Assembly: GCA_965216315.1 (NCBI GenBank)
Contig: CBDCFN010000016.1
Coordinates: forward strand, 288,001 to 352,000
DNA length: 64,000 nucleotides
Direction: 5' to 3'
Source of the DNA: a bacterium
Lineage (GTDB): Bacteria; UBA10199; 2-02-FULL-50-16; JAJFLM01
The notes under the pieces are model-generated. The model was not told the DNA's origin, made no database searches, and saw only the letters and a list, made by a program, of their open reading frames with translations. Shown piece by piece: positions 51,083 through 60,459 of this stretch. Each line of letters opens with the position of its first letter. The stretch's first letter is position 1. The position numbers were made by a program, and so were the translations under genes.

Positions 51083-53218
51083 ATGGCTGATTTGGCAGAA
51101 TCATTGAGCGGCATTAATAAGCTAATCGCTAAGTACAGTGATCTCGTGATTGCGGGACTCGTTGTGGCGGTCTTGGCGATTATTGTCATTCCGCTGCCAA
51201 CTTGGCTCATTGATATCATGATAACCATCAATATCACCGGTGGTGTCATCTTGATGTTGACGGCCCTTTACATCAATAACGCCCTTCAAATCGCGAGTTT
51301 TCCGACCATCTTGCTGATTTCCACCTTGTACCGGCTGTCGATCAATATCGCGACCACGCGTCAGATTCTGGGGACCGGTCAGGCCGGTGAAGTGATCTAT
51401 GCCTTTGGTAATTTCGTGGTCGGGGGCAACTACGTCGTCGGGGGAATACTCTTTGCGATCATTACCTTGGTCAACTTTCTCGTCATTGCCAAAGGTTCGG
51501 AGCGTGTGTCGGAAGTCGGGGCCCGCTTTACCTTGGACGCGATGCCCGGAAAGCAGATGTCTATCGATGCGGATTTGAGGGCGGGCATTATCGATCAGGA
51601 TGACGCGCAGGAACGACGCGCCACCTTGCAGCGTGAATCTCAGATGTACGGGGCTATGGACGGTGCGATGAAGTTCGTTAAAGGGGACGCGATCGCCGGT
51701 ATCGTCATTACCTTCATCAACGTTATCGGTGGCCTCTCCATCGGGGTATTGCAGCGCGGGCTCGAGTTAGGCAATGCGGCCAAACAATATACCTTGCTCT
51801 CGATTGGTGACGGGCTGGTGTCGCAGGTTCCGGCGCTGATTATTTCGGTGTCGGCCGGTATCGTCGTTACGCGTGTCGCCTCGGAAGGTGAGGACGCGAA
51901 TCTCGGCCGCGACATTATCAGCCAGATGACGGCCTACCCGAAGGCCCTGATGATTGGGGCGGGATTGCTCTTTGTGATGGGAATTATCCCGGGCTTGCCG
52001 ACCGTGCCCTTCCTGGTGCTGGCGGCGGCCTTAGGCGCCTTATCGTTCTTCTTGGTGCGCGGCAAGGTGAAGGCCGTGCAGGATGTCATGGAGACACCGA
52101 AGGAAGAGGTTGTTAAGAAAGCGGTCGCGAAACATGGGGATCAGCTCCCTTTTATTATGCCTGCGCCGATCTCGCTGGAAGTCGGTTCCGGTTTGATCCC
52201 TTTTGTCGACGATACGCAGGATGGAGGGCGTTTTATCAATGAATTGATTCCATTGCTGCGGCATGGCCTTTACTATGAATTAGGCGTCAATTTTCCGGGT
52301 ATTCAGGTGCGTGGCCAAAATATTGATATGGAGCCGAATGCCTACGTGATCAACATCAATGAGGTGCCGGTCGCGCATGGTAGCGCGGAAAGTGGTTGCA
52401 TCCTCGTCGGCGAACCGCTGGAACAGCTGTCGTTGTTTAATATTACGGGAAAAGAGACAATTCATCCCATTGATGGATCGGTGGTGACCTGGATTTCCGA
52501 ACAGTACCGTGAAGTCGCGCAGCAGGCCGGCTTTCGAATGTGGGACGTGGCGGAGTATCTCATCCTGCATCTCTCCCATTTACTCCGCAAACATGCCCAT
52601 GAATTCTTAGGCCTCCAGGAAGTGCAGACCTTGCTCAACGAGCTCGAAAAGACGCATCCGGCGCTGATCAAGGAGTTAGTGCCGAAGGTGATTACAATCT
52701 TGCAATTATCAGAAATATTTCAGCGTTTGGTCCAGGAAGACATTTCGATTCGCGATCTCAAAAATATCTTTTCGACGATGGCGCAGTGGGGAGAAATTGA
52801 GCGGGATTCGGTCGCGCTTACCGAACATATTCGCGCGGGTCTCAAGCGTTACGTGACTTATAAGTATGCCGGCCAGACCGCCACGCTGGCCGTGTATCTC
52901 TTGGATCCGAATATCGAGGAAATGATCAAGGCGGCGATACGCAAGACAGATAAAGGCAACTATCTCGCGCTCGAACCGGAGATCATGCAGGAACTCGTGG
53001 AAGCGGTCGGTAAAGAGATCGCCAGTCATCCCATGCCGCCGGCGGCCAAGCCTCCGGTTATCCTAACGATCTCGGAGGTGCGTCGGTACTTCCGTAAGAT
53101 TATCGAGCTCGAATTTCCGCAGCTGTCTGTCCTGTCTTACCAGGAATTATCAGAAAATCTGCGTATTCAGCCGATCGCGCGGATCACCTTGCCAAATCGC
53201 CAGATTCAAGCGGCGTGA
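51083..53218 (+). CDS. sctV: Type III secretion export gate SctV (FHIPEP family)
   Basis: KGSERVSEVGARFTLDAMPGKQMSIDADL, YGAMDGAMKFVKGDAIAG, VLSYQEL. Neighbours are injectisome-type, not flagellar. Confidence 0.9.
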   Translation: MADLAESLSGINKLIAKYSDLVIAGLVVAVLAIIVIPLPTWLIDIMITINITGGVILMLTALYINNALQIASFPTILLISTLYRLSINIATTRQILGTGQAGEVIYAFGNFVVGGNYVVGGILFAIITLVNFLVIAKGSERVSEVGARFTLDAMPGKQMSIDADLRAGIIDQDDAQERRATLQRESQMYGAMDGAMKFVKGDAIAGIVITFINVIGGLSIGVLQRGLELGNAAKQYTLLSIGDGLVSQVPALIISVSAGIVVTRVASEGEDANLGRDIISQMTAYPKALMIGAGLLFVMGIIPGLPTVPFLVLAAALGALSFFLVRGKVKAVQDVMETPKEEVVKKAVAKHGDQLPFIMPAPISLEVGSGLIPFVDDTQDGGRFINELIPLLRHGLYYELGVNFPGIQVRGQNIDMEPNAYVININEVPVAHGSAESGCILVGEPLEQLSLFNITGKETIHPIDGSVVTWISEQYREVAQQAGFRMWDVAEYLILHLSHLLRKHAHEFLGLQEVQTLLNELEKTHPALIKELVPKVITILQLSEIFQRLVQEDISIRDLKNIFSTMAQWGEIERDSVALTEHIRAGLKRYVTYKYAGQTATLAVYLLDPNIEEMIKAAIRKTDKGNYLALEPEIMQELVEAVGKEIASHPMPPAAKPPVILTISEVRRYFRKIIELEFPQLSVLSYQELSENLRIQPIARITLPNRQIQAA

Positions 53219-54277
53219 TTATAGCAATTTAAGTAGGAACCAAATCGACCCGACAAGAATAACCAAGCCAATAACGGCGGCGCCGATTTCGACCGGGCTG
53301 AAACGTTGCCAAAAGGGAGTGGAGGTCTCCGCCATCGGTGCCTCGGGGGGCATTTCAGTGGGCAGCTGGGGAGGCATTTCCGGAGGCATCTCGACCGGCG
53401 CTTCTTCCGGCGGTGGGGCCTCAGGTGCAGGTTTCTCGACAGCCTGTTCCGTGGTTCCGCTGCTATCGGCACGTCGTGCGACCCGGGCGATACTCTCATC
53501 GCCGCTTTCTCGGTTGATGACGGGTGGCGGGGCTTCCGCCCTGGGGGGTGGCGAGGCGGCCAGATAGTCCCAGCCATGTTCCGTGGGATTGCGGTAGAGG
53601 AGGGGCAGCGTCCCGAGTAAGATGCGATCCCCATCACTTAACACGACTTCATTGATTTTTTCGTCGTTGACGAAAACCCCATTTTTGCTGGCGAGATCAA
53701 TGATGCTGACCGTGTCCCATTTTTTGACGATACGGGCATGCTTGCGGGAGATTACCTCAGATTCAATTTGGAACTCACAGGCCGGATCGCGACCGACGAC
53801 GACTTCCTGGGTTTTGCCATCGAGGATGAAGCGTTTGCCTTCATGGCCGCCTCCGACAACTTCCAGTACGGGGGCGTTGTCCTTGTCGACGGCGCGGAGT
53901 AATTTTTTAATCATCTTGATTTCAAGGACGTCCGTGTCGGTAATTTCCCCGAAATCAGGGTTGGTGCTGCCGTTGATGATGAAAACAATTTCGAAATTTT
54001 CAATCTGAATCTTGTCACTGTTACGCAACAACATTTTTTCATGGGCTTGCAGTCGCTGACTATTGACGTAGGTTCCGTTGCCGCTATCAAGATCGACAAT
54101 AAAAAAACTCCCGTTTTCAAAACGGATCTCAGCATGATTGCGGGACACGCTTTTGGAAGGGAGGACGATGAAATTGGAGCGGTCACGGCCGATTACAATC
54201 GACTCCTGGTCCATGCGGTAAGAATTTTTTTGACCGCTATCGCGGTCCTTAACGGCAATGGAAGGGTGGATGTCCAT
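53219..54277 (-). CDS. Double-FHA protein with Pro/Glu linker and C-terminal TM anchor
   Basis: Two GR...SR.HA...DL.S.NG FHA motifs; hydrophobic C-terminus. Confidence 0.88.
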   Translation of the reverse strand: MDIHPSIAVKDRDSGQKNSYRMDQESIVIGRDRSNFIVLPSKSVSRNHAEIRFENGSFFIVDLDSGNGTYVNSQRLQAHEKMLLRNSDKIQIENFEIVFIINGSTNPDFGEITDTDVLEIKMIKKLLRAVDKDNAPVLEVVGGGHEGKRFILDGKTQEVVVGRDPACEFQIESEVISRKHARIVKKWDTVSIIDLASKNGVFVNDEKINEVVLSDGDRILLGTLPLLYRNPTEHGWDYLAASPPPRAEAPPPVINRESGDESIARVARRADSSGTTEQAVEKPAPEAPPPEEAPVEMPPEMPPQLPTEMPPEAPMAETSTPFWQRFSPVEIGAAVIGLVILVGSIWFLLKLL

Positions 54278-54280
54278 GGC

Positions 54281-55522
54281 TTAGCAGCCTCCATTGGAGT
54301 CAGCCATATTCTTGGCGATCTGGGCCTCACGTGGAAAACGCTGCGCACCGCTTTTGACGAAGGGGCATAGGTATTGATTGGCTTTTTTGCGATTGCCTAA
54401 TTTGTTGTGGAGACTGCCGAGATTGTAGAGGGCCTGCGGGTGCTGGGGTTCGAGATCGAGTGCGGCTTCCATCCCTTTAATTGCTTGTTGGGGGTTGTCT
54501 TCTTTCAGGTAGGTCATGGCCTTATTGAAGGCCGCATCCGCATACGTCGGTTTGAGTTTGAGCGCCTTGTCAAAGGCCTCGCGTGCTTTAGAGTATTTTT
54601 TGAGGGCGTAGTAGGCATAGCCGAGGTTGAAGAAACCACGCGGATTTTTCTTGTCCAGTTGGGTGGCATGTTTGAAGGCCCCGAGTGCATCCATCGGGCG
54701 CCGATTTTTCAGATAAGATTCGCCGAGTTTTAGGAAGGTTGAACTGTCGTTGGTGTTCATCTTGAGAGCCCGGACAAAACTGGCCCGGGCGCGTTCCGGA
54801 TCACCTTTTTGCAAGTAGACGTTTCCCATCTTGATCCAGGGCTCGGCTGCATTCGGCCGAGTCTCCGTCGCCAAACGGAAGCGTATGAGGGCCTCTTCCC
54901 AACGTCCGAGTTGGTGGTAGATGTCGCCGAGCCGTAAATGCCCGTGATAGAGTTTGGCATCAATAGCAGTAGCTTCTTTCATGTGCTTGGCGGCTTTTTG
55001 TAGATAAGAGGTTGGGTCTTCGGCCTTGTCGGCGCGGCGCAGATCGACAATGGCGAGGTTGTAGTGGGCATCGGCAAATTTCTCATCGATATCGATCGCT
55101 TTGTTGAGATAGCTTTCGGCGCGACCGTAATCGCCTTTGTCCATATAAGTCGTGCCAAGATGGTTGTAGGAAGTCGCCCATTTTTTATCGGCTTTGATCG
55201 CTTGTTCGAAATAAGCGATCGCCTGCTCGAGATTGCCCTGGTATTTGTACACGAGACCCAGATTGCTCAGTGCTTCCGGATAATTGGGGCTGGCCTCGAC
55301 CGCGGTCTTGAACTCAAGTTCCGCTTCTTTGAATTTGCGTTCCTCTAAATAACGCACACCACGGTTATTGTGGTAGATCGCAATCTTGGGGGGGATGTTT
55401 TCGCGCTGCGGTTCGGCGACGGCACCTCCGCCAAACGATCCAAAACAACCGTTTAGGTTAATTGTCCAGACAGTTATGATAATGCCGACCACGATAAACG
55501 AATGCTTCATAAGCCTCACCAT
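54281..55522 (-). CDS. TPR-repeat lipoprotein
   Basis: Signal peptide with LNGC lipobox and roughly ten TPRs. Confidence 0.85.
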   Translation of the reverse strand: MVRLMKHSFIVVGIIITVWTINLNGCFGSFGGGAVAEPQRENIPPKIAIYHNNRGVRYLEERKFKEAELEFKTAVEASPNYPEALSNLGLVYKYQGNLEQAIAYFEQAIKADKKWATSYNHLGTTYMDKGDYGRAESYLNKAIDIDEKFADAHYNLAIVDLRRADKAEDPTSYLQKAAKHMKEATAIDAKLYHGHLRLGDIYHQLGRWEEALIRFRLATETRPNAAEPWIKMGNVYLQKGDPERARASFVRALKMNTNDSSTFLKLGESYLKNRRPMDALGAFKHATQLDKKNPRGFFNLGYAYYALKKYSKAREAFDKALKLKPTYADAAFNKAMTYLKEDNPQQAIKGMEAALDLEPQHPQALYNLGSLHNKLGNRKKANQYLCPFVKSGAQRFPREAQIAKNMADSNGGC

Positions 55523-55523
55523 T

Positions 55524-56567
55524 TTACTGACAATTTGTAAGCGAAGGAAGCGACGATGTATCGCCCTTTCCCAGCTGTTGCATCAATTTAAGGGATGAAA
55601 CGTCTCCAGGCAAGGCTTTCAAAGCCTCTTCGAGCTGTTGGGCCGCAGCCGCGCTGTCGCCTTTTTCTAAGCGATCCGCGGCGGAGGTTTGGAGGGCATC
55701 CGCTTCGAGGTATTGCGTGACGCGCCGGCCCCAGTGTTTGCCGATAATCGGACAGAGCAGCAGCATTTTGGTCAACTCACGTTCGGCTTGTTGGAAATAA
55801 TTCTTATAGTCACGGCCTTCAACTTTTGCCATGAAACCGATTTCCGCGAGGGTTTGCGCCAGCCCGAGATAGGCGTAGCAATAGTTGAAATCATTTTTGA
55901 TCGCTTCCTCGTAAAAACCGCGCGCTTTGAGAATATGTGCTTCCGTTCCTTTAGCATCGGCAATTTGCCCCAGCACCCAGAAATTCATTGCCGTTAAGTT
56001 GCGAACCCGGTTTTCGGTTCCCATGAGCACTTTTTTGTCGACGCGGACTTTTTTGAATGCCTTGCTGGCGCGGCGCGCGAGGTGAATGAAGAGTTCGGAG
56101 AGTTTTTTAGGGCTGGGCCAAGCAATAACTTCTTCTTCAATCGGCACCTGTTTTTTTGCGCTGACATCGACGAAACGCGTGAAGATTTCCAGCTTGTCCG
56201 TTTTTTTGTGATACTGGCCGGCAATGACATAATCGGCGTTGGCCGTTTTACCGAGTTGGATCGCTTCATTTAGGTCAAAAGTTGTTTCCGCACTTCGTTT
56301 TTCGATGACCTTGGTGTTCTTCGTTGATTCGAGCGCCAAGAAAAGTCCTAGACGCAGTGCGTCTGAAAGCCATTGGAGGTTGGGATCGTTTGTTTCGTTG
56401 ATATACGGCAAGATTAATATACGTTTATCTTTAGGGGAGGCCGCAAAGACCTTGCGATTAGCCTCGAAGATGGCAGGCCAGTTGTAACACGTGCGTGCCG
56501 GGGCTTGGCGGGGGCTAAGCATCACAACGAGGGCAAAACACGCTATAATGAAAACGGTGGGTTTCAT
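55524..56567 (-). CDS. Secreted TolB-N/FlgO/CsgG-like domain + TPR protein
   Basis: Signal peptide from ATG 56567; ILPYINET...WLSDAL...ADYVIAGQY...RFVDV, then TPR-like helices. Confidence 0.65.
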   Translation of the reverse strand: MKPTVFIIACFALVVMLSPRQAPARTCYNWPAIFEANRKVFAASPKDKRILILPYINETNDPNLQWLSDALRLGLFLALESTKNTKVIEKRSAETTFDLNEAIQLGKTANADYVIAGQYHKKTDKLEIFTRFVDVSAKKQVPIEEEVIAWPSPKKLSELFIHLARRASKAFKKVRVDKKVLMGTENRVRNLTAMNFWVLGQIADAKGTEAHILKARGFYEEAIKNDFNYCYAYLGLAQTLAEIGFMAKVEGRDYKNYFQQAERELTKMLLLCPIIGKHWGRRVTQYLEADALQTSAADRLEKGDSAAAAQQLEEALKALPGDVSSLKLMQQLGKGDTSSLPSLTNCQ

Positions 56568-56718
56568 GAATGTCGGCAATCTTACGCACATTCGACTGCG
56601 TTTGAAAACCGCTAAGTGTTTGAGAACGTTAAGGAACTGTGTTAAATGAAATAAGGTGAGGAATCTCACTCTACCCTAATAGCCCCTCATCTGAAATTTA
56701 AGGTTATTGAGAATATTT

Positions 56719-58869
56719 ATGGCGGATCCAAAGGACAAGACGACTGTAGAAGTAGAAGAGAATACCGAAATACGTGAAATCGGTGCCCTCGATGCCGCCG
56801 TCTTTCCTTGTTTGCGTGTCGTCGCCGGTCCGGGGCGCGGGGCTATTTATCCATTGCAGCCGGGGACCAACCTCGTGGGTCGTAGCGATATGGCCCACGT
56901 CATGCTCGATGACTCATCGATCTCACGTAATCATGCCGAGCTTGATGTGCGTGAAGAAGGGGCCCTCGTGCGTGACCTGGACAGTCGCAATGGAACACAG
57001 GTGCAGGGGGTTGCGATCACAAGTGACACCCCCATTATGCATGGGCAGCGCCTCAAGGTCGGGATCTATGATTTTCAATATTTGACGGAGGAGGCCGAGA
57101 TGCCGGCGGAAGATGAACCGCCGCAACCGCCACCGGAATCTGCTACGGAGGCGGCGGGTGCTGAAACCGTTGTTGAGGATGACGCTCCGACGGTTGATGA
57201 AGCGCCGCCCGAGGAAATGCCGCCGCAAGAAGAGGTGCCTGCGGAGGTGCCGCCCGAAATGCCGCCCGAAGTTCCTCCTGAGGCAACGGAACAACCGCCG
57301 GTGCCCGAAGCCGCGGCGGAGGCGCCGCCGAAGCCACCCGGCAAACTCGGTCCCTTGCTCGCGGTCTTTAAACGGATTCCGCGACGTTGGTATTTTATCA
57401 GTGTCGGTCTCTTGGTCGTCGCCGCGCTTGCTTATGGAGCGGTTTCCTACTTTACGGGTGGGCCGAGTGGCCCGCCGGAAATTCCCACCAAGCCGATCAC
57501 GACCCCGGACCCGCAAGCGATTCCGAGCGACGTTAAACTGGCGGTGCCGGAATACGTCCCGGTCTTTCTCGATTTTTCGGCGGCGCCGATTAGTGCGGAA
57601 GTCTTTTTTGGCGATGAGTCGGTGGGACGGACCCCGTTTCGCATGAGCGCCCATCTCAAGTACGGCAAGACGTATGAAGTCAAAGCCAAGTTCCGCCTCG
57701 AAGAGATCGACGAAGTCGTTGAACAAAAACAACGCATCGCTTTGGGTAAGGATCAGCAGGTGATTCCCGTCAATTTCGCCGGCGAGATTGGGCATATGAA
57801 AATCAAAGCCTTGCCGCGCGGGATAGACCTTTATTTAGAAGCCTTCTTTGCAAGCGATCCGCACCAGGCCAAGCCGATCAAATTTAACGAAGTGATCTTT
57901 GGTAAGCCGATTTACTTGCCCTTCGGTCGCTATGTGATGGAACTACGTCAAAGTCGTAAGTTGAGTGCGTCCAAGACCTTTATCAACGAAGTCGTGTATC
58001 GCCGTGAGTTTGTGATTGATAAGGATCAAGGCGTCTACGAAGTCGAGGTCAAAGCGGCGGAGCTCAGCGTGTTTCCGGCCAAGATCAATACGGTCCCGCC
58101 GGAGGCGACGTTAATCGTCGATGGCAAGGAGTTGGGGCCCACGCCCTTTGAGGGCGATCTGGCGGTCGGAAGTCATAAGCTGATGATTCGCAAGGAAGGG
58201 TATTTTCCGCACGAGCAGGAGATACGCGTTGATCTGAATACGCCCTTTGAGGCCGACATTGCCCTTAAGACATCGGAGGCGGGTCAGCGCATCAATGAGG
58301 CGCGGATCAAGATTCGACAACGTCGCTATAAAGAAGCGATTAATCTCTTGATCAACGCACTCAAAGAGAACCCGACGACTAAAGAGGTTGCGGAAACGCA
58401 TTACTTGATTGGGCAGGCGAATGTTTTCCTGAAAAACTATCCTGATGCGCGCGATTATTTCATTCAAGCGATGCGGCACCAGGAGTATCGCTATCCGGCG
58501 CGCCTCGGAATTGCTCAGCTTCATTACGCCCAGGGAGAACGGGTTAAGGCCTTGCAGATACTAACGGAGGTCCTGATCTCGGCGAAACGCAAGGATCTGC
58601 GTTCGGATGCGGGCAAATTGTTTCAGCAGATCTCTCCCTTCAAATCAGTTCTTTATGTCATGACCGAGCCGGAAGGGGCCGACGTGATCGTGAATGACAA
58701 AAAAGTTGCGGTCAAGACACCGCTCTTACTCCATGACTTGCTGGTGGGGGCCTATCGACTTTATTTTAGCCTGCCGGGTTATGAGCCCCACCATGTCAAA
58801 GTGGATATCGGGGTTTCCGAGTTCAAGCCGGTTACCGTGAAATTGCAGCCGATTAAACTGGCCGAGTAG
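56719..58869 (+). CDS. FHA - Pro/Glu linker - TM - PEGA/TPR protein
   Basis: VGR...ISRNHA...DLDSRNGT. A TM helix, several PEGA-like units (T.P..A.++VDG..+G.TP) and TPRs follow. Confidence 0.85.
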   Translation: MADPKDKTTVEVEENTEIREIGALDAAVFPCLRVVAGPGRGAIYPLQPGTNLVGRSDMAHVMLDDSSISRNHAELDVREEGALVRDLDSRNGTQVQGVAITSDTPIMHGQRLKVGIYDFQYLTEEAEMPAEDEPPQPPPESATEAAGAETVVEDDAPTVDEAPPEEMPPQEEVPAEVPPEMPPEVPPEATEQPPVPEAAAEAPPKPPGKLGPLLAVFKRIPRRWYFISVGLLVVAALAYGAVSYFTGGPSGPPEIPTKPITTPDPQAIPSDVKLAVPEYVPVFLDFSAAPISAEVFFGDESVGRTPFRMSAHLKYGKTYEVKAKFRLEEIDEVVEQKQRIALGKDQQVIPVNFAGEIGHMKIKALPRGIDLYLEAFFASDPHQAKPIKFNEVIFGKPIYLPFGRYVMELRQSRKLSASKTFINEVVYRREFVIDKDQGVYEVEVKAAELSVFPAKINTVPPEATLIVDGKELGPTPFEGDLAVGSHKLMIRKEGYFPHEQEIRVDLNTPFEADIALKTSEAGQRINEARIKIRQRRYKEAINLLINALKENPTTKEVAETHYLIGQANVFLKNYPDARDYFIQAMRHQEYRYPARLGIAQLHYAQGERVKALQILTEVLISAKRKDLRSDAGKLFQQISPFKSVLYVMTEPEGADVIVNDKKVAVKTPLLLHDLLVGAYRLYFSLPGYEPHHVKVDIGVSEFKPVTVKLQPIKLAE

Positions 58870-58934
58870 GGCGCGGCACCCGTCCTCCGAAGTAGCTCTG
58901 CTACGGAGGGTGGAAGTAGCGCCGCTACTTGCGC
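58866..58934. repeat. Nested REP-like palindromes
   Basis: GTAGGGCGC...GCGCCGCTAC encloses CCTCCG-AA-GTAGC-TCT-GCTAC-GGAGG. Confidence 0.5.
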
Positions 58935-59019
58935 AAGTGGCGTAAAATTGTTAAAATTTTCAAAACGTTATACGTGTTTGCCCGGATAACGGCTTGAATC
59001 AGTATTGAGGAGGTCCTTT

Positions 59020-59358
59020 TTGCCCAGAGACACGCAGACCCAAGATCAGGCGGCGCCGGAGCCGTTTCGCCCCCGCTATCCGGCTATTGAAAAGTTGGTT
59101 GATTCTGAGGACTTTGATGCCCTCAATCACAATTATGGCCAGGCCTATGACGAATTGGAAAAGCTGGCCAAGCAAAAAGGGGTGGGTGGATCGCGTGATT
59201 CCAAAAAGGCCATGAAGGCCCTCGAACTAGTGATGGATCTGCTGAAGTATCTCCTGAAGCTGAAGTACGAATATTTGGCTTCTATAGAGGGTGGGGATCA
59301 AAGTCCCCAAAAAAATCTTTCTGGAGACACGCAACTCCAGGGAGAGCGGGTGCGATAA
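59020..59358 (+). CDS. Small helical hypothetical protein in the T3SS cluster
   Basis: TTG start after GAGGAGG. Confidence 0.65.
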   Translation: MPRDTQTQDQAAPEPFRPRYPAIEKLVDSEDFDALNHNYGQAYDELEKLAKQKGVGGSRDSKKAMKALELVMDLLKYLLKLKYEYLASIEGGDQSPQKNLSGDTQLQGERVR

Positions 59359-59384
59359 TTTTGGTGAAAGGATAGAAGACCCAG

Positions 59385-59936
59385 ATGACATTAGCCGCAA
59401 TTGAACCCAAAGCCCTTCGCGTTCAGACAGGAGCCCCCTCGACCCCCAAAGGTCCGGGTTTCTCTGAAATCATGTCGGCTTTGGCGCCTGCGGCGGCTGA
59501 AAGCACTGGGCTCGCGACGAATAATGCGAATGCGGCTTCCCTGACGCACGCAGCGCTTACGGGCGCGGCAGTGGCGGCGGGTCCTCAAACGGGGGCCTAC
59601 GGTGGGACTTATGGGATGAGTACGCAGTCTCCTTTCTCTTCCGCCGGATACGGCGTTCCCGACAGCCTCGGGACCGGTTATTCGAGTGGAACTTACGCCG
59701 CGGGTGGCTCCACCGGCGGTTTCGGCGCAGCTATTGGCGGGGGCTCAGGCCTTCCGACCGATCCCTTCATGCAGCAGGATTATCTACTCAATAAAATGCG
59801 TGATACCAACATGCAGATGATCCAGATTCAGGCCTCGATTCAGCACGAAAACCGGCGCTGGACGACCAATTCAAATATCTTAAAGGCAAAACACGATACG
59901 GAAATGGCTCAAGTGCGGAACTTCCGGGTCACCTAA
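59385..59936 (+). CDS. T3SS needle/filament subunit-like (SctF-like) protein with Gly/Ala/Ser-rich N-terminus
   Basis: C-terminal amphipathic helix QIQASIQHENRRWTTNSNILKAKHDTEMAQVRNFR; lies next to a TPR chaperone and sctJ. Confidence 0.55.
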   Translation: MTLAAIEPKALRVQTGAPSTPKGPGFSEIMSALAPAAAESTGLATNNANAASLTHAALTGAAVAAGPQTGAYGGTYGMSTQSPFSSAGYGVPDSLGTGYSSGTYAAGGSTGGFGAAIGGGSGLPTDPFMQQDYLLNKMRDTNMQMIQIQASIQHENRRWTTNSNILKAKHDTEMAQVRNFRVT

Positions 59937-60045
59937 TTCGTGAACCGAAAGCGCAGCTTCCGCTTCACTCTAGTCAAGGGGGCGAAAACTTTCTCCCCCT
60001 TAACAATCCCCCATCGTGGGGTCTCTTAAGGAGGAAGCCTGTATG
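59936..60045 (+). repeat. ~107-bp palindromic dispersed element, copy 2
   Basis: Homologous to 47030-47136; ends in SD AAGGAGG plus ATG. Confidence 0.85.
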
Positions 60046-60459
60046 GTCCCGATGGAAAACGACGATCTCATCGTCATGATGGAGGCGGGTTACGTCTACC
60101 TTGGCATGCAGAAGTTCAAGGAGGCCAAGGCCGTCTTTGAAGGGGCCGCCGTGCTCGCGCCGGAAAGCGAGGTTCCACTCGTAGCGCTCGGAAGTGTCTT
60201 CTTTGCCCAGGAGAAATTTGACCAGGCGATCAGCTGGTATAAGAAGGCGCTCAAGAAGAATCCCAATAGTCCCTTCGCCAAGTCCTATTATGGGGAGGCC
60301 CTCATCTTTAAGGGCAAAAAGGACGAGGCCCTCGTTGCCTTGAATGAGGCGATTCAGATGGACCCGAAGGGCCAGTCCGGGATCTTTGCGCAGGCCCTGG
60401 TCGAGGCGGTCAAGGAAGGTTTTGTTCCCCCCAGTCGTGCCGGAGGGGCTGCGCCGTGA
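60043..60459 (+). CDS. Small TPR protein, T3SS chaperone-like (SycD/YscG type)
   Basis: Three TPRs, small size, between the needle-like gene and sctJ. Confidence 0.7.
   Translation: MVPMENDDLIVMMEAGYVYLGMQKFKEAKAVFEGAAVLAPESEVPLVALGSVFFAQEKFDQAISWYKKALKKNPNSPFAKSYYGEALIFKGKKDEALVALNEAIQMDPKGQSGIFAQALVEAVKEGFVPPSRAGGAAP

Noticed and set aside
51083..53218. Flagellar flhA
   Set aside because: No flhF, flhB or flg neighbours; the linked ring protein is a lipoprotein of SctJ type rather than FliF.
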